A DNA stretch of 60,616 bases, the filler included, from Sphacelaria rigidula (lineage: Eukaryota), in the NCBI GenBank assembly GCA_964200075.2. It is 10 parts of 10 records of this genome, joined end to end, with 100 filler letters (N's around TTAATTAATTAA, not from the genome) between each part and the next. Parts side by side here need not be neighbours in the genome. Positions count along the whole stretch, not along the records: positions 18,217 to 24,188 come from CAXNAA020023101.1; positions 24,289 to 30,260 come from CAXNAA020023102.1; positions 30,361 to 36,332 come from CAXNAA020023103.1; 7 more parts are not named here. One strand, 5' to 3'. Positions 23,896 to 36,432 of this stretch are shown here, in pieces. Both the position numbers and the translations under genes were made by a program. The number at the start of each line of letters is the position of its first letter. Position 1 is the stretch's first letter. The notes beneath the pieces were generated by a model. It had not been told where the DNA came from, made no database searches, and saw only the letters and a program-made list of their open reading frames with translations.

Positions 23896-24109
23896 AGAAG
23901 TGTTCCATCAACTCTCCGCGACAAACGCGTAAAGACCGAAAATATTCAGGTGCCGATTGTTTTCGGCGCATTAGCAAAGCAATAAACAGCGGTCCTCGAG
24001 CACAAATGGCGGCAACCAGCGGTTCAATCGAACGATGAACAACAAGAGCCACCGGCGATAGAAAAGTACTCGAACCATGTACCGAAGACGCCAAGACAGT
24101 GAGAGAGGG

Positions 24110-24188
24110 GGTAGGGGAGGGGAGGTGAGGGTGGGGGATGTACTCATGATCATGCATGCCATAGTCATAAGACCGTTGACCTCGCATC
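24110..24188 (-). mobile_element. Non-LTR retroelement 3' terminus fragment
   Basis: The reverse complement GATGCGAGGTCAACGGTCTTATGACTATGGCATGCATGATCATGAGTAC + C-rich tail matches 54665-54714. Confidence 0.55.
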
Positions 24189-24288
24189 NNNNNNNNNNNN
24201 NNNNNNNNNNNNNNNNNNNNNNNNNNNNNNNNTTAATTAATTAANNNNNNNNNNNNNNNNNNNNNNNNNNNNNNNNNNNNNNNNNNNN
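24189..24288. other. Artificial 100-bp contig linker
   Basis: N44-TTAATTAATTAA-N44. Confidence 0.98.
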
Positions 24289-24321
24289 CCGCATTCGTTG
24301 GGTGCACCTAGCTAGAGTTGC

Positions 24322-24431
24322 GTAACCCTTGGACCGCGGTGCCGGTGGTCCATCTGGACCACGTGTACTTTTTTCAAGTGAATATTGATGCCGATTCAGC
24401 AGGTGCCCTACTCTCGCGGTCTAACGGTTAA
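24322..24431. mobile_element. Second copy of the piggyBac-like MITE
   Basis: GTAA|CCCTTGGACCGCG ... CTCGCGGTCTAACGG|TTAA; the internal TTTTTTCA..TTGATGCCGA.TCA.CAG is shared with 18509-18615. Confidence 0.65.
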
Positions 24432-25014
24432 CTCCCCCTGCGGAGTTTTGGGGAGGTAGATACTCTCGCTCTGTGTTACTGTTTCGTATCTTCCCTGGAA
24501 TAGAGAAATGCGACTTCAACCTCATTTTTTGTTTCAACCTCAAAATTAGGATCTGCTCTTAATTTTTGAACGCTCGGCCATTATCACGCTTCTCGCAAAA
24601 ATCTTGAGATTCACCTTGAGTTACCCTCGTCTGTGGGAGGTGAACAAATAAACGTCTCCTGCTCGCTGTATCACATGCTTGCCCCCTTCCCGTGCTTTTA
24701 ACTTTAGTGCAAGCCGTGTGCACGTCGCGTTTGTTTCATGTTGTTCGAGCTACTCGCTGTCTGTATCAAGTTGTGCTCAACACTCGTTGTCCGTGCATAA
24801 TATATCCTGCTGTGCTGACTCCAAGAAAAGACCACTGTCACATCAACCGTTCTCGGCGTGTGGCCTGGTGTGCGCCCTACGCGCGATAATGGAGCTGGTG
24901 TGGTACGTGCTGGGAAAACGGAAAACCCTCCGGGTCTGTTGTCCAATAGCATGAACATCTAGAAGACCAGACCGAGTGAAGACCAGAGTGGTCTTTCGGC
25001 TGCGGACTTTGGGG

Positions 25015-25165
25015 CAGTGTTGAATATCGAACGGGAAAAAATAAATCGATACGATATTTCAACGTATCGATCTCAAGACGTCGATGTCGATATGTGTTTC
25101 GATACGCGGGAAATGGGCCGATACGTATCGATACTCGATACTGATACTCGATACGATACGGCTGT
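25015..25165. repeat. TCGATAC-rich repeat (probable DNA-transposon end)
   Basis: CAGTGTTG start followed by many (T)CGATAC/GTATCGA motifs. Confidence 0.45.
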
Positions 25166-26382
25166 TTTGGTGAAGTCACAGCTTGCAAGACTTCACGGTA
25201 CTACACTGACACTAGCAATCTAACCCGGAGTGCACGCCTCACTGTATTAAGGTACAGCAGCACCAGTGTGTGATTTATGATTTGTTATCTGACGTCATAG
25301 AAGTGGCGGCACAACGCGCGGCGTGATGCTTCGGTTTGACAAAACTGGTTCATCGTGCAAGGGGCAAGTTGCAAAAGAGATAGTTGATCACAACTCGAGG
25401 TGTGATGCACAATGAACAGTGTGTTGTTCAAGTCGGTAATATACCAAATTATATTCCGCGGTCACTCTTCCGTCATGTTTCTATCGAATTGTTGATAGCA
25501 CCGCAACTAGTTTAGGCGCCGTGCTCGTCCTTTGAGGATTTTGTTTATACGGGGAGTCGGGAAAGGCACGACACGGGTGTAATTTGTGCGCAAAAAACAT
25601 GGCACGGGCACGTTTCATCTCAACTCCCACCGGCGGAGTACTGTCATTTTCGATTTTCAGAGCTCCTGTCACATTAGTTCAATTATTTCACTACATGAGT
25701 TTTTATCTCCGACCCGTGGTCACAGAGTGCAAGGAACTCACCACCGATGACCATAGAACCAAGAGTCGACAGAGGATGTCTTTGTACAAAAAACTGTACA
25801 CGAAAACAATCACCCCGCCAAAACCGATCGAGCAACGAGGAACACACTGCAAGCCAGCAAATTACCGGCGTGCGATCTGGACGACCAAATTACCACCCCC
25901 TGCTACATGTACATGCACGAACAGCAAACACAGGAATCGACATGTCGCAGGCAGCGAGAACCACCCCGAAAAAGACTTGATAATACCAAAAAATATTCCA
26001 GGCTCAAGGACATTAGGTGATGGCTTCATCGACGAAACATCAACTGACTTGGCTCAGCACCAACATCAAGGGATTTGATCACCCTAATGTTGGTTCGGTG
26101 TAATTACCCAGAGCTAATCCAAGTTCGAGAACCTCAAATCTCCCTGCCCTTTTGTTTTTCCCCTCACACTTTCAACCCCCCCCCTTCGTCGGAATGAGTC
26201 CGTGGTCTCGAGGGATCAACTCACCTCTCCCCCGGTACGCGCCTTTCGTTTCGCTCGTGCGGATTAGGTCAGCACTTCCGCACCGCGTCAACCCACGTCA
26301 CACAAACCCAGTCAACTAATATTGTTTACCCACGTACTCACGTTTTCCTCGGTGGAAATCGTACATAACGAAGAAAAAACTC

Positions 26383-26460
26383 AATCAATGGGGAATCGAA
26401 CCCCGGTTTTCTCCGCCCCAATGGCAACAGTCGGACAAATACACCACTGGGGCGCTAGAA
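26383..26460 (-). other. tRNA-derived (SINE-head-like) sequence, not a functional tRNA
   Basis: Minus strand has A-box-like TAGCGCCCCAGTGG and B-box GGTTCGATTCC with T-stem GGGG/CCCC; no clean anticodon or acceptor arms. Confidence 0.45.
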
Positions 26461-27062
26461 GCAGATATTTCCGTGATGTGTCGGGAGCAGTTTAGAACGA
26501 AGGCAATGCAAAACTGAGGACACACCCAGTGCCCCCCCATCCTGGCCTGGGAAAAAGAAGTTGGTTTGACGACGTCACTGTAAGATTACACAACGCCGAA
26601 AGAACCGGAGCCCAAAACGAGAAGAAACGACGCCGCTAAAAAGTCACATAGACTGACGGAAGCTGACGTGGATGATGTCGGATCTGACGAAGGTCGTCAC
26701 GTCCCGAGTGTAGACATCTGGTTTTGGAACGCAGCACGGTATCAAGACGGTAGACAAGGGGAAGGTAAAAAAAACGAAGAGACGTGAACAAGCGTGCAGG
26801 CTGAAGATTGCACTGAGGCATGTTGGAGGACATAAAGAAAGAAAAGTCTGGTGCCGACGAGAGCAATCATTGAAGGTGTGAGAGGGCAGGATGAAAATAA
26901 GACTACGCATAGTTGAGAGGGAGTTGAACAGGGAGAAGGAATGGCCACTTCTGGTACTTGCCGTCAGCGGCGGTTTAGCTTCCAGCTCCACTCCTGGTGG
27001 CCGTGGGTCGGCTACCTTGTCGGGTGGTACTGTTTTTCTTATTGTCGAGGGGAGGGGAGATC

Positions 27063-27565
27063 TTAGTTGGTGGCGTGACGGAGTTGGTTTCCGGGAGGGG
27101 ACAGGGAGTTATCACTGACCCGCGGTGCTTTGCGCGGTGTCGAACCGTCGTTTCTTGACGTATATGACGCTTTCTCCTTCAACAAGTAGTGCCGTTGGAA
27201 ATCAGACAGGAGCGTGGCACGCGTGTCGTAGAAACAGAGGTCACACCTTATCAAAGCTGGTTCGCCATCCCCCGCCAAGAGATCATAGAGTGGTTTTTGG
27301 GACAGGGTTGCTGTACACTCGTAACACGGATGAGTGCACTCCTCGGCTGTTTTTACGAGGGTTTGTACGCACGCGCAGTTGTCGGCGTGGGCGTATATCC
27401 TGTCTTTACCGCCGGTAGCATCGGACATGCGGTGGTATGGGGTGCTGACCCCGATCTCGCCGCCACACACTAAAGAGAGGAAGGGCAGCTGTTTTCTGGA
27501 GCCCTTCGGGACTGGTTTTGTATCCTGCGAGACAGATATGTGGGTGTTGCAGGTGGAGCACCTGT
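27063..27565 (-). CDS. Cys/His-rich, PHD-finger-like coding segment (host exon or TE-borne)
   Basis: The open frame extends upstream of the tracked ORF 27063..27470: RCSTC...VCGG...YAHADNCAC...PCYEC...RCDLC...QRHY. Confidence 0.35.
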
Positions 27566-28949
27566 CAATGCCGAACGAGTTGGGAGGAGGACGAAGCGAT
27601 GGTTGCGGAAAGTTCAGCGAGAAAATATTACGGAAGGAAAGATAGTTGTACTGTGAGCGAATGCGCGACGAACGGGTGTTGAAAGCAACGATGTCAAGTA
27701 GGTTGAAAAGGAAGGAAGTGGGATAAGAAGTTGTCTTCGGTTATCAGGATACTTGTCGATGAACCTGCACTGAGGAAACCACGGCCTCCACGTAAGTGTG
27801 GCATTCTGTACAAGCAAGTCTAGCATGTAGAAGTGTATTATCACGAAGAATGTGGGTGGTCCCGTTCCTAATGTCTGTCGAATCGTAGGCTTGCAATGGT
27901 TGGCGCCAACTCCGGTGGGAAAGTACACCGAAAGCATCAAAGAAATGGACTGGGGAGTGAGCCAGTTAAAATTCTGTATATTCATTGCTATTACTGGAGT
28001 TCAACTGGAAATGGGTACGAGAGCGCCAGCTGTCCAGTTCATGTGGAGGTGTTGCGCCGCTTGTCTATACCCAGTAATATTTATAGTAGTTCCATGATGG
28101 GGAGTTTATAAGAAAGAAACACTGTGTACGATTAGACTGTAAGGTTGGAGTCAGCAGTCTACAGCAGTTCAGGTCCCACAAACGTCGATGGTACCCGGTT
28201 GTTCTGCAGTGTTTTTTTATCGCCGACATCGGATCGGTCGAAGGCTGGTCAGTCTGATGAGATAACGAAAAAATGAAGAGGTGGGTCTCAGTTACGGTGG
28301 GACGCTTGGTGCTGAAGTGCCGAACTGCATACCCCAATTCACAATTGCATGAAGATCGATGTGAACATGAAGCAGGAGATACTCACAATACGTCGAAGTA
28401 ATATAGCAGGTATGTACCTCATGCGAAGAAAACCAAATCCGGTCACGGGCGATCGTAAAACACACAAGCGTTCTATCGAAATAGCTGCGGTGAGGAGCTG
28501 TTTACTTCAATTGCCCAAGGTACTGCCAGGGTGTGGCATATTTGTTCCGATCCCCAGGTCCCCAAGAAGAGGGTCTGCTGCTGGATGGTGTAGAGAAATG
28601 GTGTTCGAATCGCTACTACATACGTAAGACATATTAGAGCAGTACGAGGCTTGTATCAGCTCGCAGTGAGTGGTTACATTATTCACAACCAATTACGGTT
28701 ACCGCAGGAAAAAAGGTCAAACACGAGAAACCTTTCTGACTTGGGCGACGCTCCTGAGCGGGACCCTCTACCAGCCGGGAGGGGCGATTAACTGGAAAAA
28801 GTGGATGGAGTGGCAACTGGCGCGGCAAGCGTTGACGGAACTGAACAGAGCTGATTGTTCACAGCCCCGATAATAAATTTGAGTTGTTGTAGCGTTAAGG
28901 TGCATTGGGTAGGGTACGAGAGTTTTCGTGGATCATACAGAAGTAGGGA

Positions 28950-29460
28950 GTACCGACAAAACCGGAGGCCACGGAACTTGTCGGGTAGGGATAGGAGGCT
29001 TACAGAGAGTCTACTGGTGGTCTTGTGATGAAAAAGAGTTGAATAGAAAATAGAACACGCACCCGGATATTTGTGCAAGGGTGTAGGGTTGAATCGTGTG
29101 TACAGAAAGAACATAACTATCTTGGAAGGGTATGGTGCATCACAAGAGTCACGCAACTCTCGTGGACCGGTAGGACAGTCTTCGACAAGTCACATAACTG
29201 TCGAGGGATCAGGAAAGCGTTACGGAAGTCAAACATCTGTCGAGTAGGGGTGCGCAAGTGACACTGAAGTCATAGAGCTATCAAGGTGGGCAACGAAAGC
29301 CTTACAGATTTCACTAGAAAAATCGGGTAGGCCAACCACAGTCCAAGAGAAGCTACAGAACTGTCGGTATGGAGATGAAAGTTTTCCAGAAGTCACCGAA
29401 CTGTCGTATAGGGATAATATCTGTAAAGATACTCCGTGTATGCAACAAACCGGCCCCCAT
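28950..29460 (-). repeat. Old, inverted copy of the 21035-21550 repeat family
   Basis: CTACAGAACTGTCGGTATGG..ATGAAAGTTTTCCAGAAGTCACCGAACTGTCG matches the reverse complement of 21090-21150. Confidence 0.55.
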
Positions 29461-30260
29461 ACGAGATAGGCTTGGACACCATAGACCGATGCCCTGCAAA
29501 TTGATACCGATTGCGGCGCAGATGACGGCCCCCCAGTCGGTCCGATACCTGTTGATTATCATGTTTCGCTTTCCCTTTCAACTCGTACCCTGTAACCCGT
29601 CTGTTCCTCGAACAGGATAAAATATCTTGAAGGGTGTACGGAGTTGAATACCAAGCCTTAGGGGTGTTAGATGGATGGAGCTTGGGGAACAAGTGCAAGT
29701 TTTCAGAACACAGGTAGGGATTGAGCTTAAATCTTCACCCCTCCCGGGTGATACCCTGTGTCAGCCTCCCTCTGTGCGAAAAAAGTGTTTTCTGGGCCTG
29801 TCTTAGCACTTTTCTTTTCGATCGAAAAAATGAGGCGGTGGAATTGATTCGAGCGACAATATCTCGTTTTGATGCAGTTGGATCCGGATGGATTTTAAAG
29901 CTTTCGATCGAAGAAACACAGTGAAAATCGTGAAACGGTACATGGTCACTCGTGTATAGTACAGACAGTCTGTACCGTCTGCACTGCTTGCAAGCAGGGT
30001 GTCCTGAGTGCGTGTGTGCGTGTTACGTGCAGGAGGATATGAAGGAGAAGCGGGCAACGTGCAGTGCAGACTGCCCAGGACTATCAATTTTCTCTGTTTC
30101 CAATGCGACGTGAAAATGACTTCATTCAGCAATATGCAGCTTTGTACTGCCTGCTGCACTGTCCATGAGCGTGCACGCATTTTGGTTTGCGGTTCACAGC
30201 GATATGCTCAAGTCGAGCTGATTTGGTACACTTTGGGAGTTATGGTTGGAGATGCAAATG

Positions 30261-30360
30261 NNNNNNNNNNNNNNNNNNNNNNNNNNNNNNNNNNNNNNNN
30301 NNNNTTAATTAATTAANNNNNNNNNNNNNNNNNNNNNNNNNNNNNNNNNNNNNNNNNNNN
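30261..30360. other. Artificial 100-bp contig linker
   Basis: N44-TTAATTAATTAA-N44. Confidence 0.98.
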
Positions 30361-30745
30361 CCAAACAGTTCTAGATGCACAAGAATATGGGTCTGGGCAG
30401 CCCCGTTTGTAAATTCACTCGGGATATCCCTAGCACGTTGGAAACGTAATCCTAGCGTACTCTCACAAATTTCATACGCCACATTTTGGATGAGACGAGG
30501 GGCTCCTAACGATTCTCACCTCAGAGAATATGTGTACACCCCTACTGTACTGTAGCATACCTCCTCCCTGAAATTATTCTCGAGGGTTTCCCGTCTTCCG
30601 TTCCGCCAAAGGCCCGTATATATCGAGCCTATATCTGTGACCACGGGTCCGAAAGATCGGAGTAATGTGTGGAAATAGTTTTTAAAAGTGAAAACGATAT
30701 GCGAAAGCAACTTCCCCCCTCAATTTCGAGGTAAAAAAAGGGGAA

Positions 30746-31188
30746 ATAACAGCCGATCATGAAAATTAAGGATGGAGCTTTTCATTCAGGAGGAAAATCC
30801 GGAGGATTAAAATCTTCGTACCCACAACAAATCTTCGAAATATGATTCGATTCCTTCTCCTACTGTAAGCTGTTGACAAGTACTACACGTCATACGTATG
30901 GTGATTTCGAGAACCGAAATGTTGGAATCCTATTCATAGATGATAAAACATTTTGGGGGAATTTCGATGATCTAATCGTATCACCTAAACTCCCAAAAAA
31001 TGTGTCTTCATATAGGACCGGTTATCGAAATCCACATTGTAGGGCATGTAGCAGTTGTCAATAGCTACCAGCAGGTGAAAGAATGGAACCATATTTCGAA
31101 GCATTGGTGTGGATACGAAGATTTGTATCCTCCGGGTTCTCATCTTGAATGAAAAGCTCCATCCTCGATTCCCATGATTGGCTGTTAA
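30746..31188. mobile_element. Fold-back/MITE with ~120-bp imperfect inverted arms
   Basis: 30770-30865 (GGATGGAGCTTTTCATTCA..TCTTCGTA.CCACA..TTCGAAATATG) is inverted at 31069-31164; a third diverged arm lies at ~32027-32105. Confidence 0.7.
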
Positions 31189-31798
31189 ATGGTGCTTTTG
31201 CAGCTAGCCTTTGGGGGAAGGGAAGGAGGGAAACCCCCATGAATAGCTTCAGGGAGGTCGGAAGACGTGAGGTCGTCCATGTGAAAAAGATTCGCTGTCA
31301 TGACTTTGGGCCAGGGAAAGCCCTTTTTTGGAGTGAATCTCAGTTTGATACCCAACCAACCTCGTTTTCGGAGATAATCTCTATTTTTTGTATTTTATCT
31401 GAGAGCTGCTCAGGGCCATTATTATCGACGCTGCCCTGTGGAGATCTTAGTTTTTTTCGGATTTTTCGGACTCCGCGTTCAGACTGTTCCGAAGAAGACG
31501 GAGCAGCTTCAATGACTCATTCTCCGGAGGTTCATTTTTGGAGAAGTCCGGAAAATTCGGACTGCGACGCTGCACTTCGAACAGCTGCCCTGTGTGTACG
31601 CCGTGGCGCTCGCGCAAGCGTTCGAGGGTCATCATTAGTGCCTTGCTAGTCCGGGAAATGTCGGAGAGACTATTGAACGAAAAACAATGTCGATTATAGT
31701 GGGCCCTATCAAGAGTATATTGTTGATGATGATTTCCGCCTCAAACGTTTGCGACTCTTCCCAACAAATTGGAGCTTTAAAGAGCCGATAATCAATAC

Positions 31799-32022
31799 TA
31801 GAGGTATCTCGAACTCGGTTCCCGGTTTTCTGGTTCATTCGCTGGCTCTGGTTTTTGTACTATTTTTTCAAGTGAGAGTGATGTAAACCGTCACACGGCT
31901 CATAGGAGGACCTGATCTGGCGGTCACAGGGTCTCACCCTCCGATAAACCGCCATCACTTTCACTTGAAAAACTATAACAAAACGAACCAGGAAACCGGG
32001 AACCGAGTTTGAGATACCTCTA
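31799..32022. mobile_element. 220-bp MITE with long TIRs, TA-flanked (Tc1/mariner-type target)
   Basis: TA|GAGGTATCTCGAACTCGGTTCCCGGTTTTCTGGTTC ... GAACCAGGAAACCGGGAACCGAGTTTGAGATACCTC|TA; inner arms TTTTTCAAGTGAGAGTGATG / CATCACTTTCACTTGAAAAA. Confidence 0.8.
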
Positions 32023-33499
32023 TTGAGGACGGAGCTTTTTGTTGAAGATGGTCAATCGGGAAAATACATTTTTCGTATCCACACCAATTCTCCGAGGTAT
32101 GACTGCTGCGTCGAGGGCTGCCATTCGGAGAATTCTGTTTGCTCATATCGGCTGTTGATTTTGTCGTCAGTCGGTGGCTCTGCGGTACCCACTGGTATGT
32201 ATCTGTATCTACTCTGCTGCCCTGATTCCCTTGGGCCTTTCTCTTTTTTTTTCAGCGTTTTATTGTATTTTATTTTATTTACTCTTTACTTTCCACTTCT
32301 TTCCCTTTTTTGTTTCAGGTCGGCCGTTCCTCTCCGTGCTTTTCTTGTGCTAATTTTTTTTTATTACTTTTTTTTCGCGACGACTTGGTCTGCTATGTCG
32401 TTCTATTCAACTATATTGTTTTTTCCCTGTTCCTTCTTTTCTTCAGAGCGTGTTCCGGTTTCGTTTATTTTGGGTAAGTCTATCATGAGGCCACAGCTGG
32501 ATCCCTGGGGGATCAGTGAAAGTGCGACAATCAATTAATCAATCAATTAGTCAGTCAACAGCGGATCCTGAAAAATGGGGTTCATCACAAAAATGGGGTT
32601 CAACCTGTATTTGGAGTTTGGACGATTCGACCGAAACACGTCAGTCAGGGAAAACGCTTTCGCTTGTCTTCGAGTGCCAAGTAAATCTGAAAGCTGGCGT
32701 GGCTACCCGCACGCGTGTCGCCGACGACGGCACCGAAGTACCCATGACCGACGAGAAGGTCCTCGCTCGCGCCCTTCCTGTATTCCTTCAAGAACACAGT
32801 AGTCTAATCGCTGCCGTACCGCTTCGGTGACCGCACGGCATGATGCGTGGCAGCTAATATGGGTGTGCATCTGTATGCGTTGTGTGCGGTATCTGCCATC
32901 TACTAGTAATAATGCGCGGACGTCACACGGAAGGAAGCCTTGCACATGATCAACTGCGACTGTCAACTTGCACGTGATACACAGCGACTACTCGGGCGAT
33001 TGTGTCCCGCGTCATCGGCGGCGCAAGAGCAACGCCTTCCTTTCCGGATGTGTCTGCAGTTATTTCTTCACCTGCTCTTCTGCCCTCGACAAGGAGCGGG
33101 CACCCAACAATCGGAGTGGATCAACAGAAGTGAAACATGGAAACGTCTGCGGCAACGACGAACAAAAAAGGTCCAGAACACGCCTCAACACTCTTGCCTG
33201 TCCCCTCCGTGCCCTGGTCGCTTAACTGCCACGCGTCTTGCTGCCTGTAATGAAGGACCAACCAACCACCGGCCTCTACTTTACGAAGGAGGAACCAGAA
33301 TAACAGTAACACATGCCCGATGATGCACTCGTGTCAATCCGACATCACCACTAGCCCCAGCCCCAGCAACAACACCACCCCCACCACCTACTTGACCATC
33401 CTTCATCCCGCACCCGCCGAAATCCCGCAACTTTCGCTGTTGCTTTCACCCCCCTTCAGTACTCCTACTCGGCAGGCCTTTCTTCGCCGTCGGAGTTTA

Positions 33500-34722
33500 T
33501 GTCGCCGCCGACACCATCTATACTATGTTCGTCTTCACTGCCGGAATCGGCGCCTACGGACCCCTACTACGGCGACGGGGTCGAAAATGTGCAGCTGTCA
33601 GACGGACTTCCGGGTCAATATCGTTTTTGGTTCCTGTCGTCGAATCGCTACCAGCTTCGGGTACGGCTCCTCCCGCAACCCGCTGCACACCCTCCCTCTT
33701 ATTCCCGCCGGCACCCGCGGACACTCGGAACCCTATCGTCTCTCGACTGTTGTCCCTGACTTTATTTTCTTCATTTTGTTCCCCGTACTCCTCACGCTCG
33801 GCATGTTCGTCACGATCATCCTCGTTCTTCACCCCCCTCAATCGTGTACTATCCTCCTCCACCCCCTCCCTCTCGGGAGCGCGTTCATCTTGATCCTCGT
33901 CGAGGTTATCGTCCTCGTCGCTGTCCCCGCTTCTCGGGACCTCCTCCCCCCACACCCCCTGCTTCCCCGAGGCCTGTTGGCCTCGTGCTCTGGGTCCCCG
34001 CCCTCGACATGATCGTGATGGCCGGTCGTCTCGAGAGCATGCAAGATTGCATTATGAATGTATTTTCCCGCGCACAGGCTTTCGCAAGATGTAACGACAT
34101 CCTCGCATGCCATCGAATCCACACCCGGTACCGGTTTCCGTCTCTTCTTCGTGCCCGAGATAACTCCTCCTCTGAAATCCATGTCGAAGACACCCTTTCC
34201 GTACTGAAAATTAGTATACCGCGAAGCGTTCTCCCGCACACGACGGTTGGAAGGCGACAACCATTGCACCTCCACTTCGTTGTGATAGGCAGCGACACCA
34301 TCCTCTCCCATCCTGCGCGTACCAATAACTTAACCCGCCCGAAAAGGAGCATCGTGGGCGAGGAAGAAGACGTACTCCCCCTTAGCCAAGGAAGGTACTT
34401 CAGGGGGTGAGAGTAGTTATCCGCCGTCATCTCGCTCGTGTTGGCACGAATCGACGTCGTCGCGGGTGGGCCCACCTGGTTTAACTCCAGCCCCCCCGTT
34501 GTTGTCGCTGCTCACGAGCGGTCCCGGAGACGGCAACCACCAATCGTCGAGTTCCCACACGCAGAGGCCCTCTGCCTGCAGCAGTGTCGCAGAGCGATCC
34601 ATCTTTTGCTTTGATTTCTTCTCGTTTCGCGGGATCTGCACAGCGCGGCACGGATGCAGTGGTGGGTCAGGGATCCGGATAGAAAACTCATCATACGTCA
34701 CGGTACATCGTTCGTGAGTCAC
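33500..34722 (-). pseudogene. Decayed coding region of unknown type, probably a DNA-transposon ORF C-terminus with acidic tail
   Basis: Protein-like frames: IRIPDPPLHPC..WELDDWW, KGEYVFFLAHDAPFRAG*VIG..EVEVQWLSP, and a D/E-rich tail (33554..33955). Broken by stops and frameshifts. Confidence 0.35.
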
Positions 34723-35937
34723 TGTGCTTCCGCACTTCGCGCCCAGATGTCACAGGACAAACGGCATGGCGTAATGCTGACACGACGAGAGGAGTACGTG
34801 TTGGAATCAATGTTCATCCCCTTCATCGATAGTGTTATATGAACTAAATCTGGATATCGCACATCAGCTGTTGAGAGTTTTGCTGGCAGAAATGGTGTGA
34901 AGAACCGGTAGTGCATAGTAAAGACAAATAAAACCTTTTTAAATTTCTTGCTGTTTTTTCTCAGTTTGTTGTTGCGATTTGTAGCGGGGGTGGGGGGTAA
35001 ATGGACGTTGCTGTTGGGGATTATCTCAGGTTTTTACCTCAAAATTTTGAATTGTGCTTACAAATTCACCGTGGAGAACCACAGAGGTATGCTGAACAAA
35101 TGAAGAGATTGAGCCTTCATATCTTTTTGCGAGAGGTTCGGGGTTTCTCGGCAAAAAGTTGGTCGGGACCATACGAAAACGCGCCAAACCATTGAAAAAG
35201 AAGTGAATACCAACCTGACCCACAATCGACTATATTATGCCCTGGCGAGGTCCCAGACAATTTTTTCACTACATGAACACCAAATGTGTGGCCTGCAAAA
35301 TACTGGGCCGAATTTCCACCGACCCGGTCACAAGACGGTATCTCAGTTTTGAGAGTTGGACTCGAACTTTGGTGTGGACGATGAATACAGCATTACAAAA
35401 AACAATTTTGACCGACCGTGAGATTTTTCTATTTATTTCATGATTGAACGGCATTTTACCGAGACTGCATTCCACGAACCAGATACGAGCTGGGTCAGCC
35501 TAAAAGCAGACTTGTAGTTGGCGGGTTCATTCTCACGTCAATTTTGAGAGTTGGTCCCTGACATTCGGGATGGGCAATGAAAAGGGCATGTGACTGAAAA
35601 CATGGACAGACCCCAAGGTCTTTTTTTATTCTTTTACAGGAGTCCGAGGCCAAAATCACACCTGACTCGTGAGTGTCTCCGGTTGTTCTCACTTCGCACT
35701 GGAATTCACGGAGCAGATGCGAGGTGGGCCTGCCTAGAAGCGGATTTATAGTTTGCAGGCCCGTTCTCACCTAAAAATCGAGAGTTGGGCCCTGCAATTT
35801 AGGATGGGCAATAAACGGGGGCATAATTCAAGAAAATACTGACCGATCTAAATATTGTTTCATTGGGTTCATGACTCATATCGTATTTTCAGTGCCCCAC
35901 GTCAATCCCATGGTGCAGATAATGCACCCTTTGGTCG

Positions 35938-35962
35938 CAACAACAACAACAACAACAACAAC
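35938..35962 (+). repeat. (CAA)n microsatellite
   Basis: Direct sequence. Confidence 0.9.
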
Positions 35963-36332
35963 ACTTTCCGCTACGGCAATGGTCACTCATCCGGCGCTCG
36001 TGTGGCGAATGGACAGATATCATTGCGTTCTCTGTGGAATGCTTCACCTGGCGATCTGCGACCTCCTCGAGCCCATCGGAGACGACTCAAACTTGTCTTT
36101 GGCCGATATGACGAATCAACAACAAATTGTGCGAATTGAGGATTAACTCCGAGATGAGGTTCAAGCCTAAAACAGTGCTTTCGCCACACTTTCAGCGATG
36201 GTGCCCAATGACGTTTTTGTCGGCCTAATGCCACTTGATCGCGTAGATACTTCTTCAGCGCATTTCACCGATTCTGTGAGCTTACAGCGCTGACCGAAAC
36301 CGTCATTTCCCTCCCTTTTTTGAGGGGGGTAA

Positions 36333-36432
36333 NNNNNNNNNNNNNNNNNNNNNNNNNNNNNNNNNNNNNNNNNNNNTTAATTAATTAANNNNNNNNNNNN
36401 NNNNNNNNNNNNNNNNNNNNNNNNNNNNNNNN
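36333..36432. other. Artificial 100-bp contig linker
   Basis: N44-TTAATTAATTAA-N44. Confidence 0.98.

Noticed and set aside
26383..26460. Functional tRNA gene
   Set aside because: Only the A/B boxes and T-arm are recognisable; no complete cloverleaf.
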